Below are positions 48,691-61,354 of a DNA stretch of 64,000 nucleotides, piece after piece (the stretch's first letter is position 1; every line of letters starts with the position of its first letter). The stretch comes from Trichodelitschia bisporula. Its lineage: Eukaryota. Where the stretch lies: the NCBI GenBank assembly GCA_010356995.1, contig ML996688.1:868001-932000 (forward strand). Direction: 5' to 3'. The position numbers and the translations under genes were made by a program. Below the pieces are notes generated by a model that made no database searches, was not told the DNA's origin, and worked only from the letters and a program-made list of their open reading frames with translations.

Positions 48691-49916
48691 ATGGCGGAGG
48701 TCAAGGTAGCATATCTCGGGCCGCCCGCGACTTACACCCATCAGGTAAGCACATGATAGCTATAGTTTGGCGCTCTTTTGAAAGCCTCCATGGTGTGTGG
48801 ATATTTTTTGATCTCGCTACGTCATTTTCTAAAGGCACAACTTTGTACTTTTCGCTCTCCTTCAACCACAGCATGAATATAAATTCCATCCTCCATCCCC
48901 TCCACCCATGACCAACCCATTATAAAGAAAACCCAATCTCACCCTCCCAGGCCGCCCTCCAAGTCTTCCGCCCAACAGCCACCCTGGTCCCCTACGCCAC
49001 CTTCCCCTCCATCTTCGCCGCCCTCCGCTCCGGCAGCGCAACCCACGCCGTCGTGCCCGTCGAGAACAGCACCAACGGGCCGGTCATCGCCGCCCTCGAC
49101 CTGCTCCTCGTCTTCAGCAGGTCCCCTCCCACCCATGCCATCGTGCGTGAAACCTACGTCCCGGTCACGCACTGCCTTCTCGGACGCCCCAATCCCTTGT
49201 CATCAGAAACTCCATCCCCGGACCTCAGCCATATCCGCGCCTTGTATTCCCACCCTCAGGCTTGGTCGCAGTGTACTCCGTTCTTGGACACACATTTCCC
49301 GCCAGGCAAAGGTGTGAGCCGGCATGATACGGACTCCACGGCCCGCGCGGCGGAGATCGTGGCTGCGGATGAGAGTGGCGCGAGTGCGGCGATTTGTTCG
49401 CCGCTGGCGGCGGAGGTGTATGGGCTGAGTGTTCTAGCGCCGGGGATTCAGGCACGGGAGAGAAATCAGACGCGGTTTGTTGTCCTTGGGCCACGGAGTC
49501 AGGGAGGCGGGGAGAAAGGGAGGGGAAACTGGAGGGTTAAGACCGGATTTACGATTGGGGTGAAGGGGCATCGGAATGTAGGGTTGCTGTCGAGGATGCT
49601 GGTAGTGCTGGAGAGGAGGGGGGTGGAGGTTGCATTTTTGAATTTGAGGCCGGGCGGGCAGGGCGGGTTCAATTATGCTGTTGTGCTGGAGGTTTTTGCG
49701 AGGAGGGGGGAGGGAAGCTTTGATACCGCTGTAAGGGAAATTGAGGGGATGGGAGGGGTTATCTCGTGGGTTGGGGAGTGGGAAGCGGCGGGAATCGCGT
49801 CGAGAGAGGTGCAGAGGGAGAGGGGGGCTGGTAGTAGGTCGCTGTTGTGGGCTGGGTTGGCTGCTGGTGGACTGCTGATACTGCTTCAACAACGGCTGTC
49901 GGTATGGAGACGATGA
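48691..49916 (+). CDS. PHA2: Prephenate dehydratase
   Basis: VAYLGPPATYTHQ|AA, VVPVENSTNGPV, LYSHPQAWSQC, DSTARAA, NQTRFVVL; 206-nt intron 48745-48950. Confidence 0.92.
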
Positions 49917-50301
49917 TGTGATTCGAAAATACGGCAAGCTGGGCGTCGAAAAAGGAGATCGTACGGGCAAGCGGAGACAGTGGAAAATGGGCAAGGCGTT
50001 CGATAATTGGTGACATAAATTCCGTTTCCGGACGAGGCCCGTTCTTCGCAGCGAAGGTCATCAAAAATAACAATAAAAGACATGGAGTGCATCGCAGAAA
50101 CCTCAGAATCAGGTTGATATTTCATCTCCAGAGCAGAACTCGCGGTATGCAAGGCCGAGCCGTCTCCACCCAACCCCAGCCGAGGCTAAGCTTCACGCCA
50201 GCCGCTTACCGGTACCTGGACATCAGCCACAGATAGCATCACGGGAAAACATCTTCAATATCAACCACCACCACTCCCCTTTACGACATCATCATCCCAA
50301 A

Positions 50302-50931
50302 ATGCCCCCCTCAAACACCCCCCCACCCCCGGCCGACCTCGCCCACTTCCGCACCCACCCCTGGTGCGCCACCCTCCTCGACGACCCCTCCTACACAATA
50401 AGCGACATGACCAGTCGCCACGCAAAGCCCTCAACCGAAGACCTCCTCTTCGGCCTCATCCTCAAAACCCCCTCCACAATTTCCCACTGCGTAATCCAAA
50501 TCCCCCACCCGAAGTCTCCCACAGCTCAAGTCCCTTCCCTCCGCGCGCTGCTCGCACTGGGTAAGGACTTGAATGGGTATCCGCACGTATGCCACGGGGG
50601 CATCGTCGCCACCATCCTGGACGAGGCGATGGGTGTGCTGATCGGGGCGCGGCAGGCGCGGGCGGAGGAATTGGCTGTTAGGGAAGGGAAGGAGCCGGGC
50701 CGGGTGCCGACGAGTCTTACCGGGGAGTTGAGTGTGCGGTATTTGCGGCCTGTGGCGACGCCGCAGGCGGTGCTGGTGAGGGTGGAGGTGGAACGGGAGG
50801 AGGGGAGGAAGATTTGGCTTGTGGCGCGGATGGAGGATGGCGAGGGGGTGAGGTTGGCGGAGGGACGGGCGGTATTTATTCAGATGAGGGAGGAGAGGGA
50901 TAAGGGGAGGCCGATGAGGCCGAGGATTTAA
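50302..50931 (+). CDS. Hot-dog fold acyl-CoA thioesterase (PaaI/THEM4-like)
   Basis: DLNGYPHVCHGGIVATILDEAMG, TGELSVRYLRPVATP, LAEGRAVF. Confidence 0.88.
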   Translation: MPPSNTPPPPADLAHFRTHPWCATLLDDPSYTISDMTSRHAKPSTEDLLFGLILKTPSTISHCVIQIPHPKSPTAQVPSLRALLALGKDLNGYPHVCHGGIVATILDEAMGVLIGARQARAEELAVREGKEPGRVPTSLTGELSVRYLRPVATPQAVLVRVEVEREEGRKIWLVARMEDGEGVRLAEGRAVFIQMREERDKGRPMRPRI

Positions 50932-51164
50932 GGATTAGCGGGGTGTTTGGAGTTAGACGCGATAGACGGGGTGGAGATGGGTAGATATTGTGAAGATCGA
51001 GCAAGAGCTGCTAGATCCCGGTGGAGTCATTGAATCAGCAGGAGAGGGAATACTTCATTAGCCTCCTGGACTTGATGATACTCAGACATAATATACAGGC
51101 ATCCAAGAGCATCACTGCTCTCGGTATGCTCATGGATTTACAGGCTAAAGTACAGTCGCAACCC

Positions 51165-53584
51165 TCAAGGTCTTCCCTCCGAATACTTCTTGATGGCATT
51201 GCGGAACAGCTCTCTGCATCTCACCTTACTTCCCAGATTGGCGCACAGCAAGAATGCACCACTCAGCTTCCGATGTAGGCTGTACGTCTCCTCCGGCGGA
51301 GGCGCCAGCCGCTCCTTCACCATCAAGGGAATCAGACTCCGCACTCTGTCCGTAATGGTTTGGTCCCTGAAATCGTACTCTTCAGGAGCCTGATTCGTAA
51401 ATGGCTCAGCGAGCGTAAGAACCGAGTCAATGTGCGCATTCCGCATGTGCATGCTCTCAGCACCAGTCAGATATCCGAGCTGGATGGATAGCTCCGCAAC
51501 GGCATTGCGGTCATGTCGGGAGGCAGCCTCCAAAACCTTGATATATGGATCCACAAATTCATCCGGGTATTCTCTGCTTGCGCCAAAGTCCAACAGCTCC
51601 AATTTGTTGTTTTCCGGGTTGTACAGGAAATTTGTCCAGTTGGGGTCAGTTTGCATGAACTTGAATTCGCAAATTTCCCGTAAGCAGAGACGGAGAATCT
51701 GCATTCCGATCCAGTCTCGCTGTTCTTGGGTGAGGGAGGGTAGCTTCGTGACGGCAGATCCCTGCATCAGCTCAGCTGTGAGGACCTCGCGTCCAGACGC
51801 CTCCGGAATTATCTCCGGCACAGTGAAGACGTCAGTGTCATCTTCAAGAAGTTTCTTAAACCGTCTGGCACAGTCCGCTTCGCGCAAATAATCGCATTCC
51901 CAGGCTAGTTCGGTTTGCGCATTCGCAATGGTTTTGTCGAGGAAGAGGCCTTTCGGAAGCAACCTCGAGGCTGTCAGGAGAATCGAAAGGTTATTCAGGT
52001 CCGAGTTGATGGACTGAGCAACCCCGGGATATTGGACCTTGACGGCCACTTCCATCCCAGTCGACTTGAGGACTGCGCGGTGCACTTGTCCAATGGATGC
52101 TGCGGCTATGGGGACCTCGTCAAAGGACGAAAATATATCTCTCCAGTCCGACCCTAGGTTACTCGCCAGAACCTTGTCTCGTTGGAATGCGGGCATGTAG
52201 TCTGCAGAGTCCTGCACGCGTCGGAGAACCTCATGTATCGATGGGGGCAGCATCTTGAGATCTGCAAAATGAGCCTCACAAAGCTGTACGATGGGTGGAC
52301 AAACCTTGAAAGGAGATCATCTGCCCAAGCTTCAGCGCCGCTCCGCGCATTCGGGAGAGCTTGGCCACAAGTCTTTCCATGTTGCCGGGGCTCAACATCA
52401 TTGATCCTCCAGAGTCACCACCTCCGGTAACCCTGCGGAGGCCCTCTCCGACGACGCCGAACGCCATTCCGGTGGCGAGGCTGCCATATTGCCATAATCT
52501 GCCCAGACGGGTGGAGGGGACCCTTGACTCCTTAAGCTGATAGCCCGATCCCAGAGGGCTTGCTGCTAGCCCAGAGGGTATCTGTAGTATGTCTGTCAGC
52601 TATCAGTGCTTGCCGGGCACCCATGGTTCATGAGCTAACCTCAACCGCTGAGCTCTGGAGCGTTTCCTGAGCAATATCCGAGGCTAATTGCCGCATATCT
52701 GATGCTGAATGAGCCTCCAAGGCACCAGACTTGGTCGACTTGAAGGTCTCTTGACCTGAAATTGGCTTTTGTGCCCCAGTGGGAGTGTAAAACACATCTT
52801 GGTTGAGTCCTTCTGCACTCGTGCTCCCTTGAAAGCCCGATGTGTTTTTGGGTATCTTTGTTCGAGGGAGGGAAGAGAAATTTGTGTTGACTTCAGTAGA
52901 AGGAGCATAGTATACATCTTGGTCGTGGCCGTTCTCGAGCTCCGACTGCCCTGTCCGGGTGCCAGCAGTTGTAACTGAAGGGATTTGGGCTTCGGCCTGA
53001 CGCTGAAACCCTTTGGCAGCCGTCGAGGTGGTTGCTTTGGAAAATGATGGGGTCGCCGCAGGTGAGACCGAGCTGGGAATCGCAGTGGACTGCTTCCCAC
53101 TCCCTTCGGCGGCGGAAGCCAGCGCGTCTTCGACATTCGGAGGAATGAAGGTGCCATCAGGCAATGTGTTTCCTGATTCTTCTGCTTGCTCCGGGATAAA
53201 CTCTCTTTGCGGAACTGGATCCGCTGTTGAATTTCCCACCGATGCCGCCGTTTTGTACTCTTTTTCAAAGGCCTGCCCTACGTCGTTTTCCTTTTGTGGT
53301 CCTCCATATGTCGCGTGTTGTGCAGAGCGGTCTTTCTGGACTCCATCCTGTTCCCCGGGCGCCGAAGGATAAACCGGTCCGGACTCGTCGAGACGCTTCG
53401 CAAGCTCTATTGCTGCCTTCGCCGTGAGTGTGACGCGGTCCGTCTGGTCCTTGACCGCCTTCGCTAGAGACGAAGTCTTGTTGTAGACATCAATTTGGTT
53501 GGAGCGGAGCACTATGTGCTGTTTCGCGATCGACCGGGAGGCATTGAAGAGTTTTGCGACGTCCAAAAGACGTCTACCGGCCAT
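51165..53584 (-). CDS. COQ8: ABC1/UbiB atypical kinase Coq8
   Basis: Mitochondrial-type N-terminus; ESRVPSTRLGRLWQYG, RMRGAALKLGQMISFQ, AAASIGQVH, VAVKVQYPGV, MQTDPNWTNF, LLDFGA, PPEETYSLHRKLSG. Confidence 0.95.
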
Positions 53585-54088
53585 TGAGTGCTCGAAGCTA
53601 TGGCAAGGACGTGTACATCACGCTGTGCGGTGGTGGCGGGGTCGATGGGTGGTGGGGCAAGGCGATGGTTCAAACAAAGGTTGTGGACGCCCAACACTTC
53701 GTGAAGCTCCATCGGAGCTGGCTACCGGGAGCTCCGGACCTGCAACAGTGGCGCTTAACTTACCAGCATCAAACCGCCCCCAATCACCACGCTATTCGGA
53801 CGAGATGCGGGCCCAGTGTCTACTAAAGCTTACACAAATGAGATAGCGTAGCGCGCATCGGGGAAAGCAGAGTCAGCCTCTGCAAGCAGTGCGGTTCACC
53901 AGTGCTCGTCAAACCACATCACTTCGTCTCGATATAAAAGGGCCAAAGAATCGGAAGCCGCAACCATATTACAGCTGAGGACTTGCTGAGCTCATCATCT
54001 CGGTTATCTGCTGAATTTTTGGATCATCCATCCTCACAACGTCCAAAACTTTGCTTCGCCCTGGCGTCTTTTAGACCACGTTGAAACG

Positions 54089-55093
54089 ATGAAGATAGCA
54101 TGCCTTCAGTTCGCTCCGGCCCTCGGCCAGCTGGATGAGAACATGGAAAAGGCTAAGAAGATCCTCGAGAATACACCCGACCTGAAAGCACCCACCGATA
54201 GTCGACCGCTGTGGCTTATCCTCCCTGAGCTGGCATTCTCGGGTGAGTCCCTTGGGTCAAAATTAAAATCCAATCCACAAGCTCACGTTACATAAAAGGA
54301 TACAACTTCCCATCCCTGGAAGCCATTAAACCGTTCCTGGAACCGACATGCGCGGGGCCATCCACGCAATGGGCCATTGCAATTGCCCGTCAGTACGGAT
54401 GCCATGTAACTGTTGGTTACCCGGAATGTGCGCAAGTCACGACTGATGCTGGAACTAAACGCATCAACTACAACAGTAGCGTCACGATTGCCCCTAATGG
54501 CCGTATTCTCGGTGCTTACCGTAAACGTTTCCTCTACTACACCGACGAAACTTGGGCGGCAGAAGGCGACAGTCCAACCGGATTCTTCGCGGGAGAGCTC
54601 GGGGCCCTGGGTAAGGTGTCCATGGGAATCTGCATGGATATAAACCCCTACAAATTCATGAGTCCGTGGCGGGACTACGAGTTCGCAACCCATGTGCTCG
54701 ATAGGTGCACTCCGGTAGCGGTTGTATCAATGGCCTTCTTAACTCGCCTCACTCTGCATGAGCTCGGTGAGCTACCATTACGTCCGGACGAAGAGACATT
54801 TGCGTATTGGATCGAGCGGTTCCAGCCGCTTGTGGAATCTGTGGATACTACCACTGTCGTTGTCTTCGCAAACAGGTGTGGCACAGAAGGAAGTGCGTGC
54901 TATGCGGGAACCAGTAGTGTCATATTGGTCCAGAACGGCAAAGTCAGCATCTATGATGTTGTTGGGAAAATGGAAGAGAAGTGCCTCGTCGTGGATTTGA
55001 CCAGAGTATGCAACTTGCCCATCCTTAGACCATGCTAACACTTGGTAGGCGCCAAAGTATGCGCTTCAGAGGGACAGACCAAGCTATGCTTAA
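54089..55093 (+). CDS. NTA1: Protein N-terminal amidase Nta1 (nitrilase superfamily)
   Basis: MKIACLQFAP, LILPELAFS|GYNF, VTVGYPE, YRKRFLYYTDETWA, MGICMDINPYKF, FANRCGTEG...YAGTS; two introns. Confidence 0.9.
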
Positions 55094-55414
55094 TCATGTT
55101 GAATGTGATCCGGGAGTTCCCTGGAGGGCCTGGGGGTTGCGAAGCGTAATCTGGGTGTTTTCCGTGCGCTGTTTAGCGGAGCTGGACCAAAGAACATGAG
55201 TCACGCGAAGCACTGTGAACCAGAAGATGCGTTTCAATCGTTTATTCTTGCACACTGTGAAGCCGGACTCCTATTGCGACCCAGAGATGAAACCCATCCA
55301 TCGCACCAGTGACCCCACCATGGCTGCTGCGAAGACAGTGCCGTGCTCGTCAAAAGCCATGCCGCAAGGATTCCATGTTTCGCAGTGAGCAGCCCAACAC
55401 CGAAGGCGAATAAT

Positions 55415-55693
55415 CTAGATGCCGATGCGGGTCTTGCGCCAATGCCGACGCTTCGCGTTGTAGCTGGGGGACGTCAGTATCTTGTTCGCGCGACTCCAAG
55501 TTTTGTTTGGCGGTTGAGGTTCGTTACTCACCGGATAGTGTTGTTGGTCCGGAGACGAATCCACTGAGGAATGGGGCGATTCTGCTTCTGAGCTTTGGCA
55601 AGCTTCTGCTTGGTGCGGAAAGACTTGTGAGACTGCAAATAATTCCTGTTAGCATAATTCATCGGATATTATCGCAATAAGACGTACCGGCAT
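55415..55693 (-). CDS. RPL39: 60S ribosomal protein L39 (eL39), absent from the ORF track
   Basis: Exons 55693-55688, 55632-55532 and 55463-55415 give [51 protein letters not shown] (51 aa). Confidence 0.97.
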
Positions 55694-56752
55694 CGTGACA
55701 GATTCTCGGGGTTGCCGGTTGTTGCTTTGCCTGACGTTGGTGCAAGTATTTTGGGGTGCGGAATTGAATTTGGCGAGCTTCGGCACCAGGACTAACCTTT
55801 TTCCACACTATTCCCATTGGTGCCTCAGGCAGAAAAGCCAGAGACTTGGCATTCGAGACCCTGGGGTGAACGGAACTTCCACTCTTCACGCAAGCGAACC
55901 AACCTTCACGAGATTCGAGGTCAATTCTGATTGTCATCTTCAAGCCTGAATCCTTGGTACTCATAAGAGCGGGATATGCCCAGAAAAGCGACGTTACGGA
56001 GCAAAAATGGGAATAGAGAAATAGATATGGCCTGGCTCCCGATGTGCCTTCTTACAACCAGCAACCGGCGCTGGCTTCGTTGGCCAGTTGAGGATTTGTT
56101 ACCTTTTCCTCTCATTCCGTGATGCTAAGTCTGAGTTTAGGGTACTGTAGCGAAGTCAGTTTAGAACCCACGTTGAGAATGTGCATGGCTTGGATGCAGG
56201 ATACCTCCGAAGCATTCCAGCATTTCCCTTTTCAGGAGACCATCATCTGAATTATTCCTTTGTCTCCGTTTTCTAGTCACCGTGGCGTTCGCAGAAGTCA
56301 TCCACCTTGGACCCAAACCCTCATAGTGCCTTTTGCCTCTCGCTATCCAATACCCCTTCCGGCCGTCAGTGTATCCATAGTGAACATATGCCACCCAACC
56401 CCCCCCTCGACGAGTCACAAGCAATCGCCCATTTTCCGGAAGTGGAGGCCGAAGATGATGTCTAGTACCTCTCGTCGAACGATACCCTCCTTTGTACAAC
56501 TGACTAGAATCGCTTCCGCCCGTTGCTTGACCGTATGCGCAACCAAGTCCTGTGCACATACCAGGAACGTGCTAAATGAACGCTGTGGGATGTCGACGTG
56601 TATTTAGCTATGCCTTCGTCCTTCATCCTCTGCTTTTTGTACCATCTTGAGCAATCATACAAGCAAATCACATGTCTGGCTAGCCACTATTTGACTTGAA
56701 TGAATACGGTGCTAACTTTGACCAGATCGGACTTCAACTATAATTTGTTGAC

Positions 56753-58615
56753 ATGTCACGGAGATCCTCCACAACCTTTGCCCTCGTGGCCTGTCTCTTG
56801 GGGGAAGTCGGCGGGTTTTGGCGGATGAACTGTGCCAATATCCAGCTCGGCCGCATAGATCCTATTGTGGCTCCTGGAAAGGTCGCGGGACATGTGCACA
56901 CAGCCCAGGGCGGCGCAAGTCAGTACCGTTACATTGTCCCTGATATGATCCTAATGATCCTTCGGATTTCGGTGTCAACTCAACATTCGACAGCTTGTTG
57001 AATTCGGAATGCACTAGCTGCGAGATCCAAGATGACAAGTCCACTTACTGGACCCCTCTGCTCTACTATCAGTTTGCCAACGGATCTCTCATCAACGTCA
57101 AGCAGACGGGTAGTGTGCTGTACTACATTGGCAGGGGTACCAACAAGTCGAATATTGTTCCATTCCCTCCTGGATTTCGGATGATTTCGGGCAGCGCAGC
57201 TGCACGTAGGTATGACAGCGTAGATTTGACCTACAAAAACGTTCGGCCTATTGCCGACCGAATCAGCTGGGCTTGTCTTTCAACCACTCCGAGCGCCGAA
57301 ACTCCTTACATCAACAATACGGATTGCTATGCTGGACTCCGTGCACAGTTGCACTTCCAATCTTGCTGGGATGGAGTCAATGTTTACAAGCCGGATCAGA
57401 GCCACGTTGCGTACATGAGCCAAATTGACAATGGAGATTGTCCACCAACCCATCCCTACCAACTTGTGCATATTTTTATTGAGACCAGCTATCAGGTGAA
57501 CAATGTCCCTAAGGAGCCTGGTGGCCGTTTTGTCCTCAGCACCGGAGATCCGACAGGGTACTCTTTCCACGGAGATTTTCAGAATGGATGGTAAGTAACG
57601 GACACAGCATGACAGACTTTGAAGCTAACGTGAGCACAGGAATCAGACAACTTTAGCCGCTGCTCTGCAGTCCTGTGCCAGTAATCCCAACTCCTCGGGA
57701 GACATCAACGAATGCCCTACACTCGTCAACAGCTATGTCAAGAACTACAACCAACGCTGCCCCTTGCGACCACAGCAGGTTGTTGAACCCGTTACGGGAC
57801 TGATGCCTAAGCTTCCCGGGTGCATCAACATCGTGAACGGCCCGGCCCCAGCTCAGCCAAGCGATATGAACTGCCCGAACACTGTCGTGCCGCCCACCCT
57901 CCTAGAAACTCCAGAATCAACCCCTCTCCCCGTTGTGGTTCCCAACAGGGGGCAACCGTTCGGCCTGCAGGACTGGACTTACGTCGGCTGCTCCAACGAC
58001 ACTCTCAATGGGCAGCGCGTCTTGAGCGCCTTGACCTTCACCAACACCACTAACATGACCGTCCAAATGTGTCAGGCGTACTGCACAGCCGGGGGCTACA
58101 AGTATGCTGGCCTGGAGATCGGCAACCAATGCTTCTGCGACAATTACCTGCTCAACAACCCCGTCATCAACACCGGCAGCGTGAACCAGGGCATGTGTTA
58201 CTATCAGTGCCCCGGCAACAAGTTGAACTACTGCGGCGGCCAGGCGCGCCTCGATATCTACAACAATACCGCTTCAGCACAGCTGCCTTTCCCATCAGTG
58301 CAACCGGTTTCCGGGACGTACACTACCAAAGGCTGTTATAAGGAAGCGGCCTCGGGGTATCGCGCACTGAGTGGGGCCTCGTTGGCGAACAATAACATGA
58401 CGGTCGATGTATGCGCCAAGTATTGTCTAGGCAGGCTGTTCAATTTCTTTGGAGTTGAGTATGGACGTGAATGCTACTGCGGGGCGAGCTTGAACTCGAC
58501 CGGCGCTGCGCCGGATTCGGACTGCGTGACGAGATGCATGGGGAACTCGGGGCAGACACAATCTTACTGCGGTGGCAATTCACGGTTGATTTTGTACTAT
58601 TCATCTACACTGTAA
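56753..58615 (+). CDS. Secreted DUF1996 protein with two C-terminal WSC domains
   Basis: GRIDPIVAPG..HVH, CTSCEIQDDKSTYWTPLLY, FPPGFRMISG, GLRAQLHFQSCWDG, GDPTGYSFHGDFQNGW; WSC motifs YAGLEIGNQCFC and FGVEYGRECYCG. First intron has a non-AG acceptor. Confidence 0.88.
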
Positions 58616-58780
58616 CGGCCTCACGAATTGATAGCTGATGAAGATGCCACTTTCCTTTTGCTTAATGTTTAATTATACCGCTTGCATGGTTATGTTACAT
58701 TCGCTTCGATTACAGGGATCGAGCCCCACTCACACTTCTCATGCTAAGTAAAAGAAGACGAAAAAAATACTAGCACATCT

Positions 58781-58866
58781 TGCCCCCACGCCGATTTGAA
58801 CGACGGACCTTCGCATTAACTGTTGGACAGTACGAGTGCGACGCTCTACCCCTGAGCCATGAGGGC
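58781..58866 (-). tRNA. tRNA-Thr(CGT) with 14-nt intron (58817-58830)
   Basis: Minus strand GCCCTCATGGCTCAGGGGTAGAGCGTCGCA-CT-CGT-A[CTGTCCAACAGTTA]A-TGCGAAGGTCCGTCGTTCAAATCGGCGTGGGGGCA folds as a cloverleaf; T7 Pol III terminator at 58761-58767. Confidence 0.93.
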
Positions 58867-59008
58867 TTATTTGGTGCTGTGGGGCGATGCGAGGTGTTAC
58901 CGGCAAACGGCTAGTGGCTCAGCAGCTAGTTTAGCTGAGCATTGCACATGCAGAAGCACACTTGGGGCTATGCATTTACGTAGTACTGGCTTGGACCCAT
59001 TGCTAATT

Positions 59009-60700
59009 TCATTTAGGAAAGAACTCTCCCGAAACCCAAAGCTCGCTATCCGAAAACGACGTGCCCTCAAGTTCCAGTGCCGCCGCAAGAAACATGGCGA
59101 TGCGTAGGCCCAACCTGAGTCCAATCTGGTGCAGCTTTGAGGCAATCCACTGCCGTTGCTCTCTGCAAGTTGTGCGCAGCATGCCTGCCATGTAAAGAGG
59201 CCACATGAGGAGATATCCTCCCGGCATAGCAGTTCCCTCGTCCATCGACCTGTCCTCCAGAGCCCCGTGTTGATTCTTCGCATATCCAAGATAAAATGGA
59301 ACGCTGTGGCAGACCTTGTTTGCCATCTCTACCAAAATCTCCATGCTGTACAGCTGTTCCTTTCGCATGATGCCCGGATCGTCGTGGAGGATTGCCGAGA
59401 GTATCGCGTCGTTGATCAGGATGCGACATGAATGGTAGTTGTTCCACATTGACGCCACCCAGAGATCTGGAAAGACGTCGTACTGAGCAGCCCAATCGGC
59501 CCGACCAGCCGGTGACAAGTCCAGCGAACGATACGACTTTGGCATCCACGACTCCGGCAAGTTCTGCCTCCACAAGTGCAGCTTTTTGTCGATGGGGCTC
59601 AAAAGCGCATGTATCTTCAGGGCCGATGTGATCTTCTCCTCCTTTATCTTCACCCGTATCAGAGCCAAGTCTTCATTGAGCTCGGAAAACCGGTTTGCAG
59701 CGAGCTCGTCCTTCCTCTGTGCGGGTTCAGCCCACGTAGACCATTTCTTGACCGCGTAAGGCATCGGTCTGTGGAGTTGGAGGCAATGTAAGACCTGGAA
59801 TTGGTGAGCAGTCAACGGAGGACTTGAGCCCAAGACTTACAATAAGCCGCCGCAGCTGCAGAAAGATTCTCAGCCCGACTTCTCGCTGAAACTGGTCCGG
59901 CCCCCGTAATTCGATCAGCCTTGCCGCCGCTATGATGTGATGGCTGAGTGCCCTCAGGGAGTTTCTGTCCGGGCAAGTTATCGCCTACTAAGGTTCAGCA
60001 TCAAGCCAACAGGAAGCATCAACCAAATACGCCGACCGAAACGCACCTCGAAGATTCCCATGAGCATAATGGCAGCAAGGGTCTTATCCGATTTCATCTC
60101 GACCGGATCCTGTAGTTCGGCTCGCAGCTGTTTGATCGCTTTGCCGTACAGACTGAAAGCCGCGGGGGTCCAGGGCGAGGCATTTCCAGCGTTGGCCAAA
60201 CTGGCCAAACCTGTGGCCGCAGTGATGGTGGCGAGTGCTGAATTCGGGGAGCTCTCTTGCAAGAGGGCGGGGAGGTACTCATGGTATCCCCGTGCGGGCA
60301 CTTTGGACTCACCAGCACGACCGACAAAATGATGAATGAAGAATGAGATGGCGCGATCGATAACAGATGGAGGGAGACTTTGGGGCTGGCCGGCCTGATG
60401 ATTTGCATTCCATTGCGTCTTCGTCAGCCATACGTGATCAGTGCGGCGCGTCTGCGCCTTTCTGACCACCAGCTGAGTTTGGTTTCGGAAATTGAGGTCG
60501 GCCTCATCTTTGTAGCCAGGACAGACCCAACCTGATTTCAGGCACCTTGCGCAAGCGGGCTCCTGTTCATCGCACTAAGCACTATCGTCAGCTTACTGAC
60601 ACCATCGGGCATCCATTCATCTATCCGCCTGAGCGTGAGATACCTTGATTTTTCGCTTTTTGCAGGACGCGCATCCTCTGCTAGGCTTAGTGTACACCAT
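59009..60700 (-). CDS. Zn(II)2Cys6 transcription factor (Fungal_trans_2-type C-terminal region)
   Basis: MVYTKPSRGCASCKKRKIK|CDEQEPACARCLKSGWVCPGY; LYGKAIKQLRAELQDP...DKTLAAIMLMGIFE; WNNYHSCRILI; GGYLLMWPL. Confidence 0.92.
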
Positions 60701-61354
60701 ACTGTTGAACAAGTTTGCATATTAACATCTCCATGATAGCCACCACCGAGGATTGGAGTCACCAAGCCGCCCCTCATATGCACCGCTGCAGGACTTGACT
60801 TTAAATACCTGACCCTAGCCAGGCTGTGCTTTATTGACTCTAGCGCGGCGTCTTGCCCATACTAGCGCGCTTACAAATGGTACACCATGCTTATTCGAGT
60901 AGGAGATCGTCGCCGTTCTCGTATCGTGCCTGGGCTTCTCGATCAGCCCTATCAACTTTTGTGAGAATAAGTAAGCTGAAGATATATAGTTCATGACGTA
61001 GTTTTAAACTGGAATGCAAAGCTACTGGCCAGATGTTCGACCGCCCAAGAGGAATGAGCCATGGTGTGCGTTGCGGTCAGGAGTGAGTGCAGTAGTCGGG
61101 GAATGCAATCGGCGCCACTGAGCTGCAGCAGATCTGCCGATGAGTAGGCGCCTCCAAGATGAACAAGCACATTCATTGGACAGTCAGGGAGCATAAGAGG
61201 CCCGGGTCAAGCCGTGGATGATTAGAGTAGTGGTATCGCGTGTTCAAATGCAGGTGATCGCTACCGCCATGCCTTCATCCCAATGCCCTCCACCTAGAAC
61301 TAGTGCGTTCAATGCCCTCGCGATAGCAAGTCAACTCCCATCATGTGGCGGATA

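Noticed and set aside
48745..48950. Unusually long PHA2 intron (and the 203-nt intron at 34289-34491) as snoRNA hosts or stwintrons
   Set aside because: No C/D or H/ACA boxes in a sensible arrangement and no nested splice-site pattern seen.
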